Of a stretch of 64,000 bases of DNA, positions 26,952 to 36,426 are shown piece by piece. The stretch is from a virus. Its lineage: Duplodnaviria; Caudoviricetes. How positions within the stretch are numbered: position 1 is the first letter of the stretch; each line of letters begins with the position of its first letter. The stretch is from the IMG/VR virus record IMGVR_UViG_3300021403_000006, positions 1,139-65,138 of that record. The stretch is one strand, 5' to 3'. The notes under the pieces were generated by a model, which worked only from the letters and a program-made list of their open reading frames with translations, had not been told where the DNA came from and searched no databases. The position numbers and the translations under genes were made by a program.

Positions 26952-27823
26952 CGCTGCTCCTCGGCAAGTAGTTCTGACAAGGAAGCATCGGTGATGCCGC
27001 CCTCGTTCAGATAGGCCGTCAGGAAGTCGAGCGTTGCCTGTAGTCGGTTGAGCAACCCTTCGATGGCGTCGCGGACATCTGTGGTCGGCGTCCCGCTCTT
27101 GGCCAGGACCCTCACGGCATAGTCGAACTTGTCGTTGCCGTCCTGCATGGCCTCGATGGCATCAATGGCTGTCGCTTCGCCTGGATCAGTCGCATCACGC
27201 GCTGGTGTGTTCTTCTTTCGCTTCAAGGCGATCCGAAAGTCGTTGGCGGAAACGGGATACCGGCTCCCACGCTCACGCTTCCGGGCAATCGAGGCGGTGG
27301 CCTTCATCCAGGCGATCTCGTCAATCTCGCCGTCCTCCAGTTCAGGCAGGCCAAGGTCACCAGTTCGGGCGGCCTCGCAGAGGACGGCCAAGACTTGTCG
27401 CTTCCGCTCGTCCTTCCCGGCCTCCTGGTGAGTCCTAAAAGCCGCCTCTTCAAAGCGGTCTTCCGGTGACCACGCCACTGCAACCATCCGCAAATCCTTC
27501 AGGGACGCCGGGGTGTACGGCTCTCCCGCTGGGGTCTCGACACCTTCCTCCAAGAGGCGGTCGGCTGCCTCCCTGAGCAAAGCAGCGACGTCGCTACCTT
27601 GATTTGCCGACTCCGACTTCCTGTCTCCTCCTTTTGCTTGGGCTGGGATATCTGCCGCCAGGGCTTCAGCCAGTTTCCAGGCCCCGGTTGACTCACCTCC
27701 CATGCGTTGCTGGGCTGCCTTCACGATCCGATCGAAAGCCATCGGAACCTCCTTCTCCCTGCGATGCTCTACAGCATTAGCACTCGCCAATCGTGGATTC
27801 GCCCTGCTGCGGAAAATAGTCAT
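26948..27823 (-). CDS. LmbU-like DNA-binding protein with GGDRKS motif
   Basis: AWKLAE...GGDRKS...Y...SL..LR.VA..W...R...F..H.E; likely start ATG 27742 after AGGAGG. Confidence 0.55.
   Translation of the reverse strand: MTIFRSRANPRLASANAVEHRREKEVPMAFDRIVKAAQQRMGGESTGAWKLAEALAADIPAQAKGGDRKSESANQGSDVAALLREAADRLLEEGVETPAGEPYTPASLKDLRMVAVAWSPEDRFEEAAFRTHQEAGKDERKRQVLAVLCEAARTGDLGLPELEDGEIDEIAWMKATASIARKRERGSRYPVSANDFRIALKRKKNTPARDATDPGEATAIDAIEAMQDGNDKFDYAVRVLAKSGTPTTDVRDAIEGLLNRLQATLDFLTAYLNEGGITDASLSELLAEEQR
27575..27604. repeat. Near-palindromic 30-bp element, copy 1 (intragenic)
   Basis: GAGCAAAGCAGCGACGTCGCTACCTTGATT; 28/30 identical to the reverse complement of 36400-36429. Confidence 0.85.
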
Positions 27824-27832
27824 GAAAAAGTT

Positions 27833-29389
27833 TCACACCTCGTGTTCCGCCAAGAACCGGCTCAAGCTCTGGAGGTCAAGACTTAGCCGTCCCTTGCGGC
27901 TGATGCCCTTCCCATCCACCACGGCGTCGGCCACCTTCTGCTTCTGCGCCAGCAGGGCATGCTGATACTCATCGATACTGTCTGACACTTGGAGAGACAG
28001 AAGCGTCACCTGAGGGAAGACAGATGATAAACGTATGATCCGGCTCTGTCTCTGGGCGTAGGCCCCGGCGCTCCAGGGCAGGTCGTAGCTGATCAGGTAG
28101 TTGGCCATGGGTAGGTCGAGGCCAATGCCCCCGGCATCCGAACTCAAGAATAGCCTCGTCTCCGGGTCACTGGCGAACTGCTGCTTCACCTCGTCGCGCC
28201 GCTTCTCGGTGACGTCACCGGAGAAGATCACCGACTTGGCCAGCCCGTTGGTAGCGGTGGCCAGTAGGTCCAGCATGCCCTTGAAGAAGCTGAAGATGAC
28301 GATTTTGTTGGCTGGGTCGGCGTTGAGGATGTCGGTGACAAGCTCGATGGTGGTGTCGAGCTTGGGTGAGCCTTTGAGGTTTTCCAGCCTGCCAGCCTCG
28401 TGTAGCTCTTGGGCGTACTGCGACCCGCCTCGTCCGGGTGTCTCACCCCGGTACTTGGCGGCGGAGATCCGCAGAAGCTCCGGGTGATCGCAGACCATGC
28501 GAAGGGCCAGGAGCTTGGCCATGATCCGGCCCCTGGCTTCACCTTGATCCTCGCCGTGGTAGAAGCTCGACAGGCTGAAGTTGCCCCAGGTGGAGATGGC
28601 GTCGGCGAGGTCGGCCTCTAGGTCGTGGACTACGTTGCGATAAAGCCGGGCGGCGGGGCCATCAAGTTCGATCGGCACCACTTCCTCGCTGACGGCGGGA
28701 AGCTGGTCGGCGACCTGGGCACGGGTGTGCCGAATCATGTGGTCGGAGAGCAGCCGGTGCAGGGTGGGCAGGTTGCGGTAGAGCTTGACCCGGCCCCAGT
28801 GGTCCCGGACACAGAAGGCTCGATCGAAGGTGCGGAAGTCGCCCAGCACACCGGGGTCGACCCACTCCATCAGGCTGAAGGCCTCCTCGGCTCTGTTCTC
28901 GATCGGCTGGCCGGTCAGTGCCCAGCGGTATTCGGCCCGGAGCCGCTTGATCTTCTTCGACCGCTTGGGCTTGAAGTTCTTGAACCAGGTGGCCTCGTCG
29001 CAGACCACGTAGTCCCTCGGCAGCTTGCGGATCACGTCCCAGTCCGAGACGAGCGTCTCCGGGTTCATGATCAGGTACTGGGCCTCTTGGTTCATGTAGG
29101 CGCGGTAGCAGTCCTGACGCTGGCGGGCGTCACCGGAGACCACGATGACGTCGGCCTTCCCCTCGGTGAACTGGTCGATCATGCGCCGCCACTGGAGCTT
29201 AAGGCTGGCCGGGCAGATCACGAATCCGGCCCCGATCTCTTGCTGATCGATGAGGCGTTCCACCGCAGCGATCACCACGACGGTCTTGCCCAGGCCCATC
29301 TCCATGGCCAGCAGGATTCGTCGCATGTTGATCATGCGCTCTACTGCCGCCTCCTGGAAGTCATACAGCGTCCCGGTGAAGGCGCTCAC
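27833..29389 (-). CDS. SNF2-family helicase
   Basis: EMGLGKT; CPASL..QW; VCDEA; LTG.PIEN; G.GLDL; YDLPW...QR..RI.R. Confidence 0.93.
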   Translation of the reverse strand: MSAFTGTLYDFQEAAVERMINMRRILLAMEMGLGKTVVVIAAVERLIDQQEIGAGFVICPASLKLQWRRMIDQFTEGKADVIVVSGDARQRQDCYRAYMNQEAQYLIMNPETLVSDWDVIRKLPRDYVVCDEATWFKNFKPKRSKKIKRLRAEYRWALTGQPIENRAEEAFSLMEWVDPGVLGDFRTFDRAFCVRDHWGRVKLYRNLPTLHRLLSDHMIRHTRAQVADQLPAVSEEVVPIELDGPAARLYRNVVHDLEADLADAISTWGNFSLSSFYHGEDQGEARGRIMAKLLALRMVCDHPELLRISAAKYRGETPGRGGSQYAQELHEAGRLENLKGSPKLDTTIELVTDILNADPANKIVIFSFFKGMLDLLATATNGLAKSVIFSGDVTEKRRDEVKQQFASDPETRLFLSSDAGGIGLDLPMANYLISYDLPWSAGAYAQRQSRIIRLSSVFPQVTLLSLQVSDSIDEYQHALLAQKQKVADAVVDGKGISRKGRLSLDLQSLSRFLAEHEV

Positions 29390-30276
29390 CAGAACGCCGC
29401 CAGGGTGAGATCATCCATAGCGGACTTCACTTGGTGTGGCGCTAGTTCGCCGGGATCCTTCCCTCTGCTGCTCCCATAGTCGAAGATCTGGATGGGGATG
29501 CGGTGGTGCCACTTCTCGGTCAATAGCCGCCGGGTCTCGTTGCGCCCGGCCTCGTCATTATCAAGGGCGAGGGTCAACTCATCGAAGCGTTCGATGATCA
29601 GGCGCATCTGGGCGTCGCTCACCCCGGCCCCGAAGCTGGCCACCGCCGGATAGCCCAGGCCGTCCAGGTACGCGACGTCGAGCGGACTCTCGACCAGGAT
29701 CACGTAGGGACTGTTGCGGGGTAGCTGTATGCCGAAGAGGGTGAGGGACTTGCGGATGCCGGGGGGTCGGTTGCGTACCCACTCCGCACTCTTCGATTGC
29801 CAGCCCCAGAGGTCGCCGGTTGGTCCGTAGATGGGGAAGATCCAGGCGGATAGCTCGTAGTCCCAGCGGACACCGAACCGGTCGACGGATTCGGGGTCCA
29901 GGTGACGGCGCGCCATGGCCCGTGCCGGTGGCGGGCCGAACTCGGCCAGCTTGGTGGCCAGGTCGCGGCTGGGGACCGGCGGCTCCCAGGTGCGCTCCTC
30001 GTTCGGGCTGTCCAGGTCGACATCGAACCGGCGCACCAGTTGGTGGGCGTCCCACAAGCCCAGCTTGGTGACGTCCATTATCAGCTTGACGAGGGACCCT
30101 CCGTATTCGCAGGAGAAGCAATGGAACGCCCCGGTACTCCTATTTACAAAGAAGTGGCGGGGAGTGCGTTCAAGCTCCCCGGTGCGCTGCTCGTGCATCG
30201 GGCAGCGTGCCCCGATCTCATTGTCCCTGGGCTGTATGTCCTCAACGCCGATGTGTTCTAGGAGATCCTCGATCAC
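29386..30276 (-). CDS. DNA primase (CHC2 Zn finger plus TOPRIM)
   Basis: CPMH...HCFSC; LVES..D; LALDNDEAG; KDPGE. Confidence 0.92.
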   Translation of the reverse strand: MIEDLLEHIGVEDIQPRDNEIGARCPMHEQRTGELERTPRHFFVNRSTGAFHCFSCEYGGSLVKLIMDVTKLGLWDAHQLVRRFDVDLDSPNEERTWEPPVPSRDLATKLAEFGPPPARAMARRHLDPESVDRFGVRWDYELSAWIFPIYGPTGDLWGWQSKSAEWVRNRPPGIRKSLTLFGIQLPRNSPYVILVESPLDVAYLDGLGYPAVASFGAGVSDAQMRLIIERFDELTLALDNDEAGRNETRRLLTEKWHHRIPIQIFDYGSSRGKDPGELAPHQVKSAMDDLTLAAFW

Positions 30277-31520
30277 GCGTCATCATCGTCCATGTCATCA
30301 GAGCCGAAGTTGATCTCTCCGGTCTCAATAATGGCCCCATGTTCCCAGTCCAGGGCGAGCCGTACGTCCTTGCGCGGACAGTTCCTGGCGGCGATGATCC
30401 GCAGCAGGATCTCTCGGTCGCTGTCTTTGATCTCCTCCACCCCGAAGATGACGTCCGAGTCCTGCGCGAACGAGCTTGAGTAGCCGATCGAGTCCAGGGT
30501 CAGCCCCCGCCGTGATTTCCAGGTCAAGGCCTGCGTGGTCTGCACGATCGGAATCTGCATCCGCTGGGCCAGCCGCTTGAGGGAGCGAGTGATCGACGTC
30601 AGCGCCTGCGGGCTGTTCGGCTCGACGCCGGGGACCTCGGAGTCCATGAGGTAGGTCCCGTCGATGAAGGCCACGTCCGGCTTGTACTGACTGATCTTGG
30701 AAGCGATCGCTGACACCGTGGTCGTGGCGGCGGGATCGTGAATGAACACCAATGGCTGAAGGTCCTCGATGCCGTGCATCATCCGGCGGAGTTTGGTCCG
30801 CTCCTTCGGGAGCAGCTTGCCGTTCTGAAGCCGGGTCAGGCTGATCCCGGCCCGGAGGGCGTCATGCCGGGTGGCCTGCTCCTGAGTACTCATCTCGAAA
30901 CTGGCGAAGAGGGTGCGGTGCCCCCCCAGGTGGCAGGCGATGTTCATGCACATCAGCAGCATGGACTTGTAGGTCTTCTGGAGGCCGACCAGGGTGACCA
31001 ACTGCTCCTTCTGGAGGCCGCTGGTGGCCAGGTCCATGGTGGGGAATCCGGTCGGCAGCCCCTGGATGCCGGGTGTGGTGGCCAGCCGCTCGTAATGCTC
31101 CATGCGGGCCTCCGTGGTCTTGGTCAGATCCTCGTCGCGCAGATCCGCGATCTCGGTGTGGAGGTTCTCCAGGGAGGAGTTGAGGATCTTGATGGCGATG
31201 TTGGAGTCGCCGCGGCGCAGCGGCTCCTTGATGGTGTCGAGCATCCCGTTGAGCAGTGAGTACTGCCGCTGGTCGCGTAGCTCGCCCAGGTAGTAGCCCA
31301 GTGGTTCGGGGGTCTCGATGAGGGCGTAGCCGGGGAACCGGTGCCGGAAGGCCTCTTCCCCCGGCGTCACCCCATGCTCGCTCCAGTGTTCCTGCATCCA
31401 CCGGAACACCTGGGCATTGTCGGGGTCCATGAAGAAGGCCGGGCCAATGCGGGCCTCGGCCACGTCGTTGAAGCCGCCGACCTCGATGACCTTCGACAGG
31501 GTGGCCCACTCGACGTCCAT
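30273..31520 (-). CDS. dnaB: DnaB-like replicative helicase
   Basis: PTGFP.MD..T.GL; variant Walker A GLQKTYKS; SFEMS; FIDG.YLM; S..FAQDSD. Confidence 0.9.
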   Translation of the reverse strand: MDVEWATLSKVIEVGGFNDVAEARIGPAFFMDPDNAQVFRWMQEHWSEHGVTPGEEAFRHRFPGYALIETPEPLGYYLGELRDQRQYSLLNGMLDTIKEPLRRGDSNIAIKILNSSLENLHTEIADLRDEDLTKTTEARMEHYERLATTPGIQGLPTGFPTMDLATSGLQKEQLVTLVGLQKTYKSMLLMCMNIACHLGGHRTLFASFEMSTQEQATRHDALRAGISLTRLQNGKLLPKERTKLRRMMHGIEDLQPLVFIHDPAATTTVSAIASKISQYKPDVAFIDGTYLMDSEVPGVEPNSPQALTSITRSLKRLAQRMQIPIVQTTQALTWKSRRGLTLDSIGYSSSFAQDSDVIFGVEEIKDSDREILLRIIAARNCPRKDVRLALDWEHGAIIETGEINFGSDDMDDDDA

Positions 31521-31963
31521 CAGGACCGCCAGGCCTTTTCACTGAAGAAGAAGCCGTGTGGTCCGAACGACCAGCGTTGCTCCTCCAGGCCGTAGTACAC
31601 CCGGACCACGTCGGGCATGGAAGACAGCATCCGGCCCAGGTCCTCGGCTGACTGCCAGAACACGTACCGGAACGGCAGGTTCTGGCGCTCGACCAGCCGG
31701 GCCACCGCCTCCGCGAACTCTGGTGTCCTGGTGGTGACGGCTATGTCCATCCGTAGGTGAGCCGTGTTGAGCAACGACCAGGCAGCCCTGATGGCCTGGT
31801 CATGGATGACCCAGTAGCTGACGGCCTGGTCCCACACCTTCATCGATCGCTTGAGGGACTCCATGACCTGGACGGCCTTCTTGCTGGGCAGAGTGGCCAC
31901 CGCGCCTTCCCAGATGAAGATGATCCGGCGCTGGACCCCGGTGCCTAGTTGTCCCTTCTCCAC
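31520..31963 (-). CDS. Hypothetical protein, possible degenerate HAD-like fold
   Basis: IIFIWEGAV...IAVTTR pattern. Confidence 0.5.
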   Translation of the reverse strand: MEKGQLGTGVQRRIIFIWEGAVATLPSKKAVQVMESLKRSMKVWDQAVSYWVIHDQAIRAAWSLLNTAHLRMDIAVTTRTPEFAEAVARLVERQNLPFRYVFWQSAEDLGRMLSSMPDVVRVYYGLEEQRWSFGPHGFFFSEKAWRS

Positions 31964-32568
31964 CGGAAGTCATCCCCTTCCACCAGGATGACCTGGGTGG
32001 CCTCCATCAGCAGGCTCGACAGTCCCTCGCCGTAGCGTTGATCCAGTTCCGACATCGGCAGATTGCTGGTCACCAAGGTCGGCAGGTTGCGATTCCATCG
32101 GGAGCGGACGGTGTCGAAGAACTCGGCCTGGGACCACCCTGACTCCGAGGGATACTCCCGGCCCACGTCATCGAATAGCACCCAGTCGGCGCTGTGCTTC
32201 GACACGCCCTGGATGTAGCGCAGGTGCTGACGGAGCTTGACGTACTCGTCCACGATCCGCTCGTCGTCGCTGGCCTTGATGAGGCTATGGAGCGCGAACT
32301 TGTCCTTGTGGAGGGCGACGTACACGGCCAACTCGATGGCCTCGATGCGGTAGCCACGCTGGATGACCTCGTTGAGGACGACGCTGGCCAGCAGGGTCTT
32401 GCCAACCCCGTTGGGGCCGAGAAGGGTCAGCCCCACCCCGGTGTGGCGGGACTTGTCGAGTTCCTTCAGGTACAACTCCACCGTCCGGACCGCCACCTCG
32501 TACACCTCGGTCGGGGTCTCGACGTCCCCGATGCTCTTGTCCTGGTACGGACCGAAGGTCTGCTTCAT
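31945..32568 (-). CDS. DnaC/IstB-like AAA+ helicase loader
   Basis: ATG 32568 after GAGGA; GPNGVGKT; LFDDVGRE; PTLVTSNL; V.G.DFR. Confidence 0.9.
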   Translation of the reverse strand: MKQTFGPYQDKSIGDVETPTEVYEVAVRTVELYLKELDKSRHTGVGLTLLGPNGVGKTLLASVVLNEVIQRGYRIEAIELAVYVALHKDKFALHSLIKASDDERIVDEYVKLRQHLRYIQGVSKHSADWVLFDDVGREYPSESGWSQAEFFDTVRSRWNRNLPTLVTSNLPMSELDQRYGEGLSSLLMEATQVILVEGDDFRWRRDN

Positions 32569-33104
32569 AGTTCCTCCCCAAGGAAGTAAGGCCCGCAGGT
32601 GGTGCATTGGTACTGCTGGCGGCTGGTGATCCGGTCCCGGCCCTCCCGGACCACGTACTGGTTGCTGCCGCAGCCGGGGCAGGCCGGGATCTCCAGGTGG
32701 CGCTGATCGCGCTTGCGGAGGCCCAGGCGCTCCCGCTTGCGAGCCGCGGCCTTGGCAGCCTTGGCGGCGTAGTTGAACTCCTTCGGCCAGTCCCAGAACT
32801 CCTCCCGGCCCGACCGGATCCGATCCCTCTGGTCGGGATCCATCCCGGCGACGATCCCGAACGATCCGTCCTTGTCGCAGTCTCCGTAGAGGCTCCACAA
32901 GGTGCAGGGGTGCAGCATCGGACAGGTGGCGCACAGCTTCTTGGCCACAGCCTGTTCGCTTAGGTCGCTGCTGTAGAAGAAGTGCCACTGGTCGATGCAG
33001 GCGCAGCGGCGATCCTTCTTGAACTGGTCGGTGATCACTCTTCTCCTCCCAACGCGGAACCACACCGGAGGCAGCTTCCCCTTCGGGTTGGTAGCGACGG
33101 TCAT
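32565..33104 (-). CDS. WhiB-like protein fused to a C-terminal Zn ribbon
   Basis: C...FFY...AKKLCATCP....C...GIVAG....R; then CPGCGS...YQCTTCG. Confidence 0.75.
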   Translation of the reverse strand: MTVATNPKGKLPPVWFRVGRRRVITDQFKKDRRCACIDQWHFFYSSDLSEQAVAKKLCATCPMLHPCTLWSLYGDCDKDGSFGIVAGMDPDQRDRIRSGREEFWDWPKEFNYAAKAAKAAARKRERLGLRKRDQRHLEIPACPGCGSNQYVVREGRDRITSRQQYQCTTCGPYFLGEEL

Positions 33105-33175
33105 GATGAGGCCACCCTGGAGGCGGATCGCACGGAGCAGGAACAGTTGGACGAGGATGAGGTGGTGGATCGGGA

Positions 33176-34036
33176 TCACGACCGACCCAGCCAATACTCT
33201 GCACCTTGGGTGTGACGCTCACGACCGTTGGTCAGCCAGCCCTGGTCCCCCTCGACCTGGTAGCGCCGGTCGCCAGGGTGATGACGCTGGCGCAGCTTCA
33301 CCAGACCGAGGAGTTCCTCACGGCGGGAGACGAAGACCTGCCAGGCTGGGCGGCGTGATCGCTGACACCATTCTGGGTGCCGGACGAACTCCTCCATCAT
33401 CTGGCGAACGAAGGTCAGATCCACCTGGTAGTCACCCTGGAACTTCTTGACCTGACTGCACAATCCTCGCCAGTACAGATGGCCTGGGATGGTCTCCATT
33501 CTGTGGGCCTCCACCAGGTTCGTGAAAAAGTCCCGACACAGTTCGACTCGTAATCCTGAAGGCCTGGGGGTACGTGTACCCCCATAAAACTGGGCAGACT
33601 TCCCCATTACCCCAGGGATTCGGCTCGCTGCGCTCGCCTCACCGAAAAGCGGAAAGATCGCGTCGTCGGCATCCAGTCGCTTCGCGACTAGACTGCCTCC
33701 TTCGCGCCCGGCTGCGCCGGGTTGAGCGGCAAGTTCCGCCAGATTTTTTTCGACCAGGACTCGGAAGCCCTCGTCCACCTTCTCCGCCCACTCCAGGTCG
33801 AGCAGGCTCTGCAACGCATCCGCCGTCTCCCGCCAGCTAAAGGCCAGGTCCCGTGAGATAGCGCTGATCAGGCCATCCCACCCCAGGGGAATGATCCTCG
33901 ATTTCCGCCGCCGCGACCTCCTAGTCACCCACTCGTGGACTCCGTTGAACCCGGCGTCCGAATCAGAGCAAGGCTTCGCCCACCCGTCGTCCATATTCGT
34001 CACCCCTTGGTGCGACCCCATTGACAGGGATCCCAC
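33176..34036 (-). CDS. Putative replication initiator (wHTH)
   Basis: First gene of the DnaC/DnaB/primase operon; helix-turn-helix-wing-like segment; start uncertain. Confidence 0.5.
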   Translation of the reverse strand: MGSLSMGSHQGVTNMDDGWAKPCSDSDAGFNGVHEWVTRRSRRRKSRIIPLGWDGLISAISRDLAFSWRETADALQSLLDLEWAEKVDEGFRVLVEKNLAELAAQPGAAGREGGSLVAKRLDADDAIFPLFGEASAASRIPGVMGKSAQFYGGTRTPRPSGLRVELCRDFFTNLVEAHRMETIPGHLYWRGLCSQVKKFQGDYQVDLTFVRQMMEEFVRHPEWCQRSRRPAWQVFVSRREELLGLVKLRQRHHPGDRRYQVEGDQGWLTNGRERHTQGAEYWLGRS

Positions 34037-34538
34037 CTATGTCATTCACAGCCGTGGCATCTAAAAAGGCCTACGTCCCACCCTATGGCGGTGATCGGTC
34101 ACAATCGCGCCCCTTGCGGTCCCCTGTCAAGCCCCAAATGACCAGGATTAAATAACCAGTAAATGGCTAAGCTAACGTCGATCTGTTGGGAGTATTACTC
34201 CTATATCAGCCGACGTCCCTACAGGTCCCCCGACGTCAATGACACTCCACTGAACAGTCCACTGGTTCCCCTCCACCTGTTCTGGCTCATGGCCATCCTT
34301 CCCATTCCCCACCACCCGCCGGGGGAACCGCCCTGCCTATGAAGGACACCAAGGATCCACGGGGTCCGGGTGGTGGTGCTGGGAGATGTCTACCCTGGCG
34401 TGCGGCCCCCGTCAAGCCAAACCGGAAAAAAGCTCCACCCGTTCTGCCGATGGACTGCCGACAGTGACTTGTTATTTTTTCTAACAGTTTCGCTGGGTGG
34501 TCAAGGGGCTGGATCCGCCCCCACGTAGCGTGGATTCG
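34037..34538. promoter_or_regulatory. Divergent control region (promoters, possible origin)
   Basis: About 500 bp non-coding with AT-rich patches; two leftward TTGAC-containing repeats; TAGCGT-N7-GTG before terminase. Confidence 0.6.
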
Positions 34539-36182
34539 GTGACGTACGTGGCCGATCCGGCCCTAGAAGACGATGTAACTGCATCGGACGACGACCTCTC
34601 GGAACTATCCGAGTTCGCGCCCGCCGTCCTCGATCCTAGTGATCAACAGTTTGTGGACCGCCTTGTGGATAAGGTGTGGGAGTTCACGGTCATCTTCTCC
34701 GGGGTGGAGATGTTCCCGTACCAGGCGGCGCTCGGTCGGCGCATCATCGAGTCGGTGATATCTGGGGACGGGGCCACCATCACCGGAGAGCTTTCCCGCC
34801 AATCCGGCAAGACCGAGGTGGTCGCCAACGTCGCGGCCAGCCTGATGATCTTGCTGCCCAGATTGGCGGAGATGTTCCCGGAGTTCGACCCGCTACAGAA
34901 GTTTGCCCGTGGGGTAATGATCGGCTGCTTCGCCCCGGTGGAACAGCAGGTGGAGACCCTTTTTGGCCGCGTGGTGGACCGGCTCACCAGCGAGCGGGCG
35001 CAGGAGATGCTGGAGGACCCCGACATCGATGACCAGGTGAAGCCGGGGTCGCGCCGGGTCCGGCTCAAGAAGTGCCAGAGCTTCTGTGCCATGCAGACCG
35101 CCAACCCCAGGGCCAAGATCGAGTCCAAGAGCTATCACGTCATCTTCGTTGACGAAAGCCAATCCGTAGACGAGTACGTCCTCAACAAGTCCATCACGCC
35201 CATGGGTGCCTTCTACCTGGCCACCATGGTCATGACCGGCACCCCCGACGTGACCAAAGGCGTCTTCTACAAGACGATCATGTTCAACAAGCGGCAAGAG
35301 CTACGCCGCGGTTCCAAGAAAAATCATTTTCGATTCGACTGGAAGTTCTGCGCCAAATATAACCGCAACTACGCCGCCTACATCCGGGGCGAGGCCATGC
35401 GGATCGGCGTCGACAGCGATGAGTTCCGGCTCAACTACGCCCTGGAGTGGTTGCTGGAACGGGGCATGCTCATAACCGAGACCCGGATGGACGAGCTTGG
35501 CGATCCCACCATGCCCATCCTTCCGGCCTACTGGCGCAGCCCCCTCATCGGCGGCATCGACTTCGCCCGCAAGATGGACTCCACCGTGGTCACCGTCATG
35601 TGGGTGGACTGGGACCGGCCCGATGAACTGGGCCTCTACGATCACCGGATCCTCAACTGGCTGGAGATGCACGGTGAGGAGTGGGAGGAGCAGTACTTCC
35701 GCATCGTGGACTTCCTCTCCAACTACTCCGTTGTGGCGCTAGGGGTGGACGCCCAGGGAGTTGGCGATGTTGCTGCTGACCGGCTGAAGCGCCTCCTGCC
35801 AAACATCCAGGTCGAGCCACTGTCCTCCCAGATCGGGGATCAGTCCCTCCGGTGGAAGCACCTCCAGCAGTTACTCCAGCGCGGCCTGCTGTCCTGGCCC
35901 GCCCACCCCAAGGCCCGCAAGACCAAGACCTGGAAGCGATTCCGCCAGCAGATGATCGACGTCGAAAAGAAGTACCAGGGCGCTCACCTCCTGGTGGAGG
36001 CCCCCAACGAGGCCGGGGTCCATGATGACTATGTCGACAGCCTGGCCTGCGCCGTGATCATGAGCAAGGCCCTCATGGTGCCGGAGGTCGAGATCAGCGC
36101 CAGCCCCTGGGCCTCGACGCCACGGGTCACCCGCCCAATGCGCCGCCCAAGACGCCAGACAGAGGGTGCAGGACGTCGGTGA
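34539..36182 (+). CDS. terL: Terminase large subunit
   Basis: SRQSGKT; IFVDESQ; MTGTP; GGIDFA; D..GVGD; HDDYVDSLA; GTG 34539 preferred over 34497. Confidence 0.93.
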   Translation: MTYVADPALEDDVTASDDDLSELSEFAPAVLDPSDQQFVDRLVDKVWEFTVIFSGVEMFPYQAALGRRIIESVISGDGATITGELSRQSGKTEVVANVAASLMILLPRLAEMFPEFDPLQKFARGVMIGCFAPVEQQVETLFGRVVDRLTSERAQEMLEDPDIDDQVKPGSRRVRLKKCQSFCAMQTANPRAKIESKSYHVIFVDESQSVDEYVLNKSITPMGAFYLATMVMTGTPDVTKGVFYKTIMFNKRQELRRGSKKNHFRFDWKFCAKYNRNYAAYIRGEAMRIGVDSDEFRLNYALEWLLERGMLITETRMDELGDPTMPILPAYWRSPLIGGIDFARKMDSTVVTVMWVDWDRPDELGLYDHRILNWLEMHGEEWEEQYFRIVDFLSNYSVVALGVDAQGVGDVAADRLKRLLPNIQVEPLSSQIGDQSLRWKHLQQLLQRGLLSWPAHPKARKTKTWKRFRQQMIDVEKKYQGAHLLVEAPNEAGVHDDYVDSLACAVIMSKALMVPEVEISASPWASTPRVTRPMRRPRRQTEGAGRR

Positions 36183-36384
36183 TGGCGTTGTTCATCTTCG
36201 TCGCGGCCCCGGCGATCGCCGGTTCAGCCTCGGACTCCAACTGCGACTTGGCCGACTGAGCGCCAAGCTGGGCCGAGTACGGGGTGACGGCCTGCTGAAG
36301 ATCGGCCTGGGCCGGGCCACTCGGATTGCCAGCCGTGCCCGTCGCCCTCTGCATGGACGTCTGCGCTGCCCACAGGTCGGACAC
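36127..36384 (-). CDS. Mini-protein homologous to an internal tape-measure segment
   Basis: 23/39 ungapped identities with the TMP region at ~55308-55424; TACCCT-N6-GTG start. Confidence 0.75.
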   Translation of the reverse strand: MSDLWAAQTSMQRATGTAGNPSGPAQADLQQAVTPYSAQLGAQSAKSQLESEAEPAIAGAATKMNNAITDVLHPLSGVLGGALGG

Positions 36385-36402
36385 AGCCTCAGGGTACCCA
36401 AT

Positions 36403-36426
36403 CAAAGTAGCGACGTCGCTACTTTG
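36403..36426. promoter_or_regulatory. Perfect 24-bp palindrome, putative operator (copy 2)
   Basis: CAAAGTAGCGAC|GTCGCTACTTTG. Confidence 0.8.

Noticed and set aside
32568-33222. 425-aa version of DnaC spanning the WhiB-like gene
   Set aside because: The extension is Arg/Pro/Gly-rich -1-frame shadow expected at high GC3; a good RBS and ATG exist at 32568
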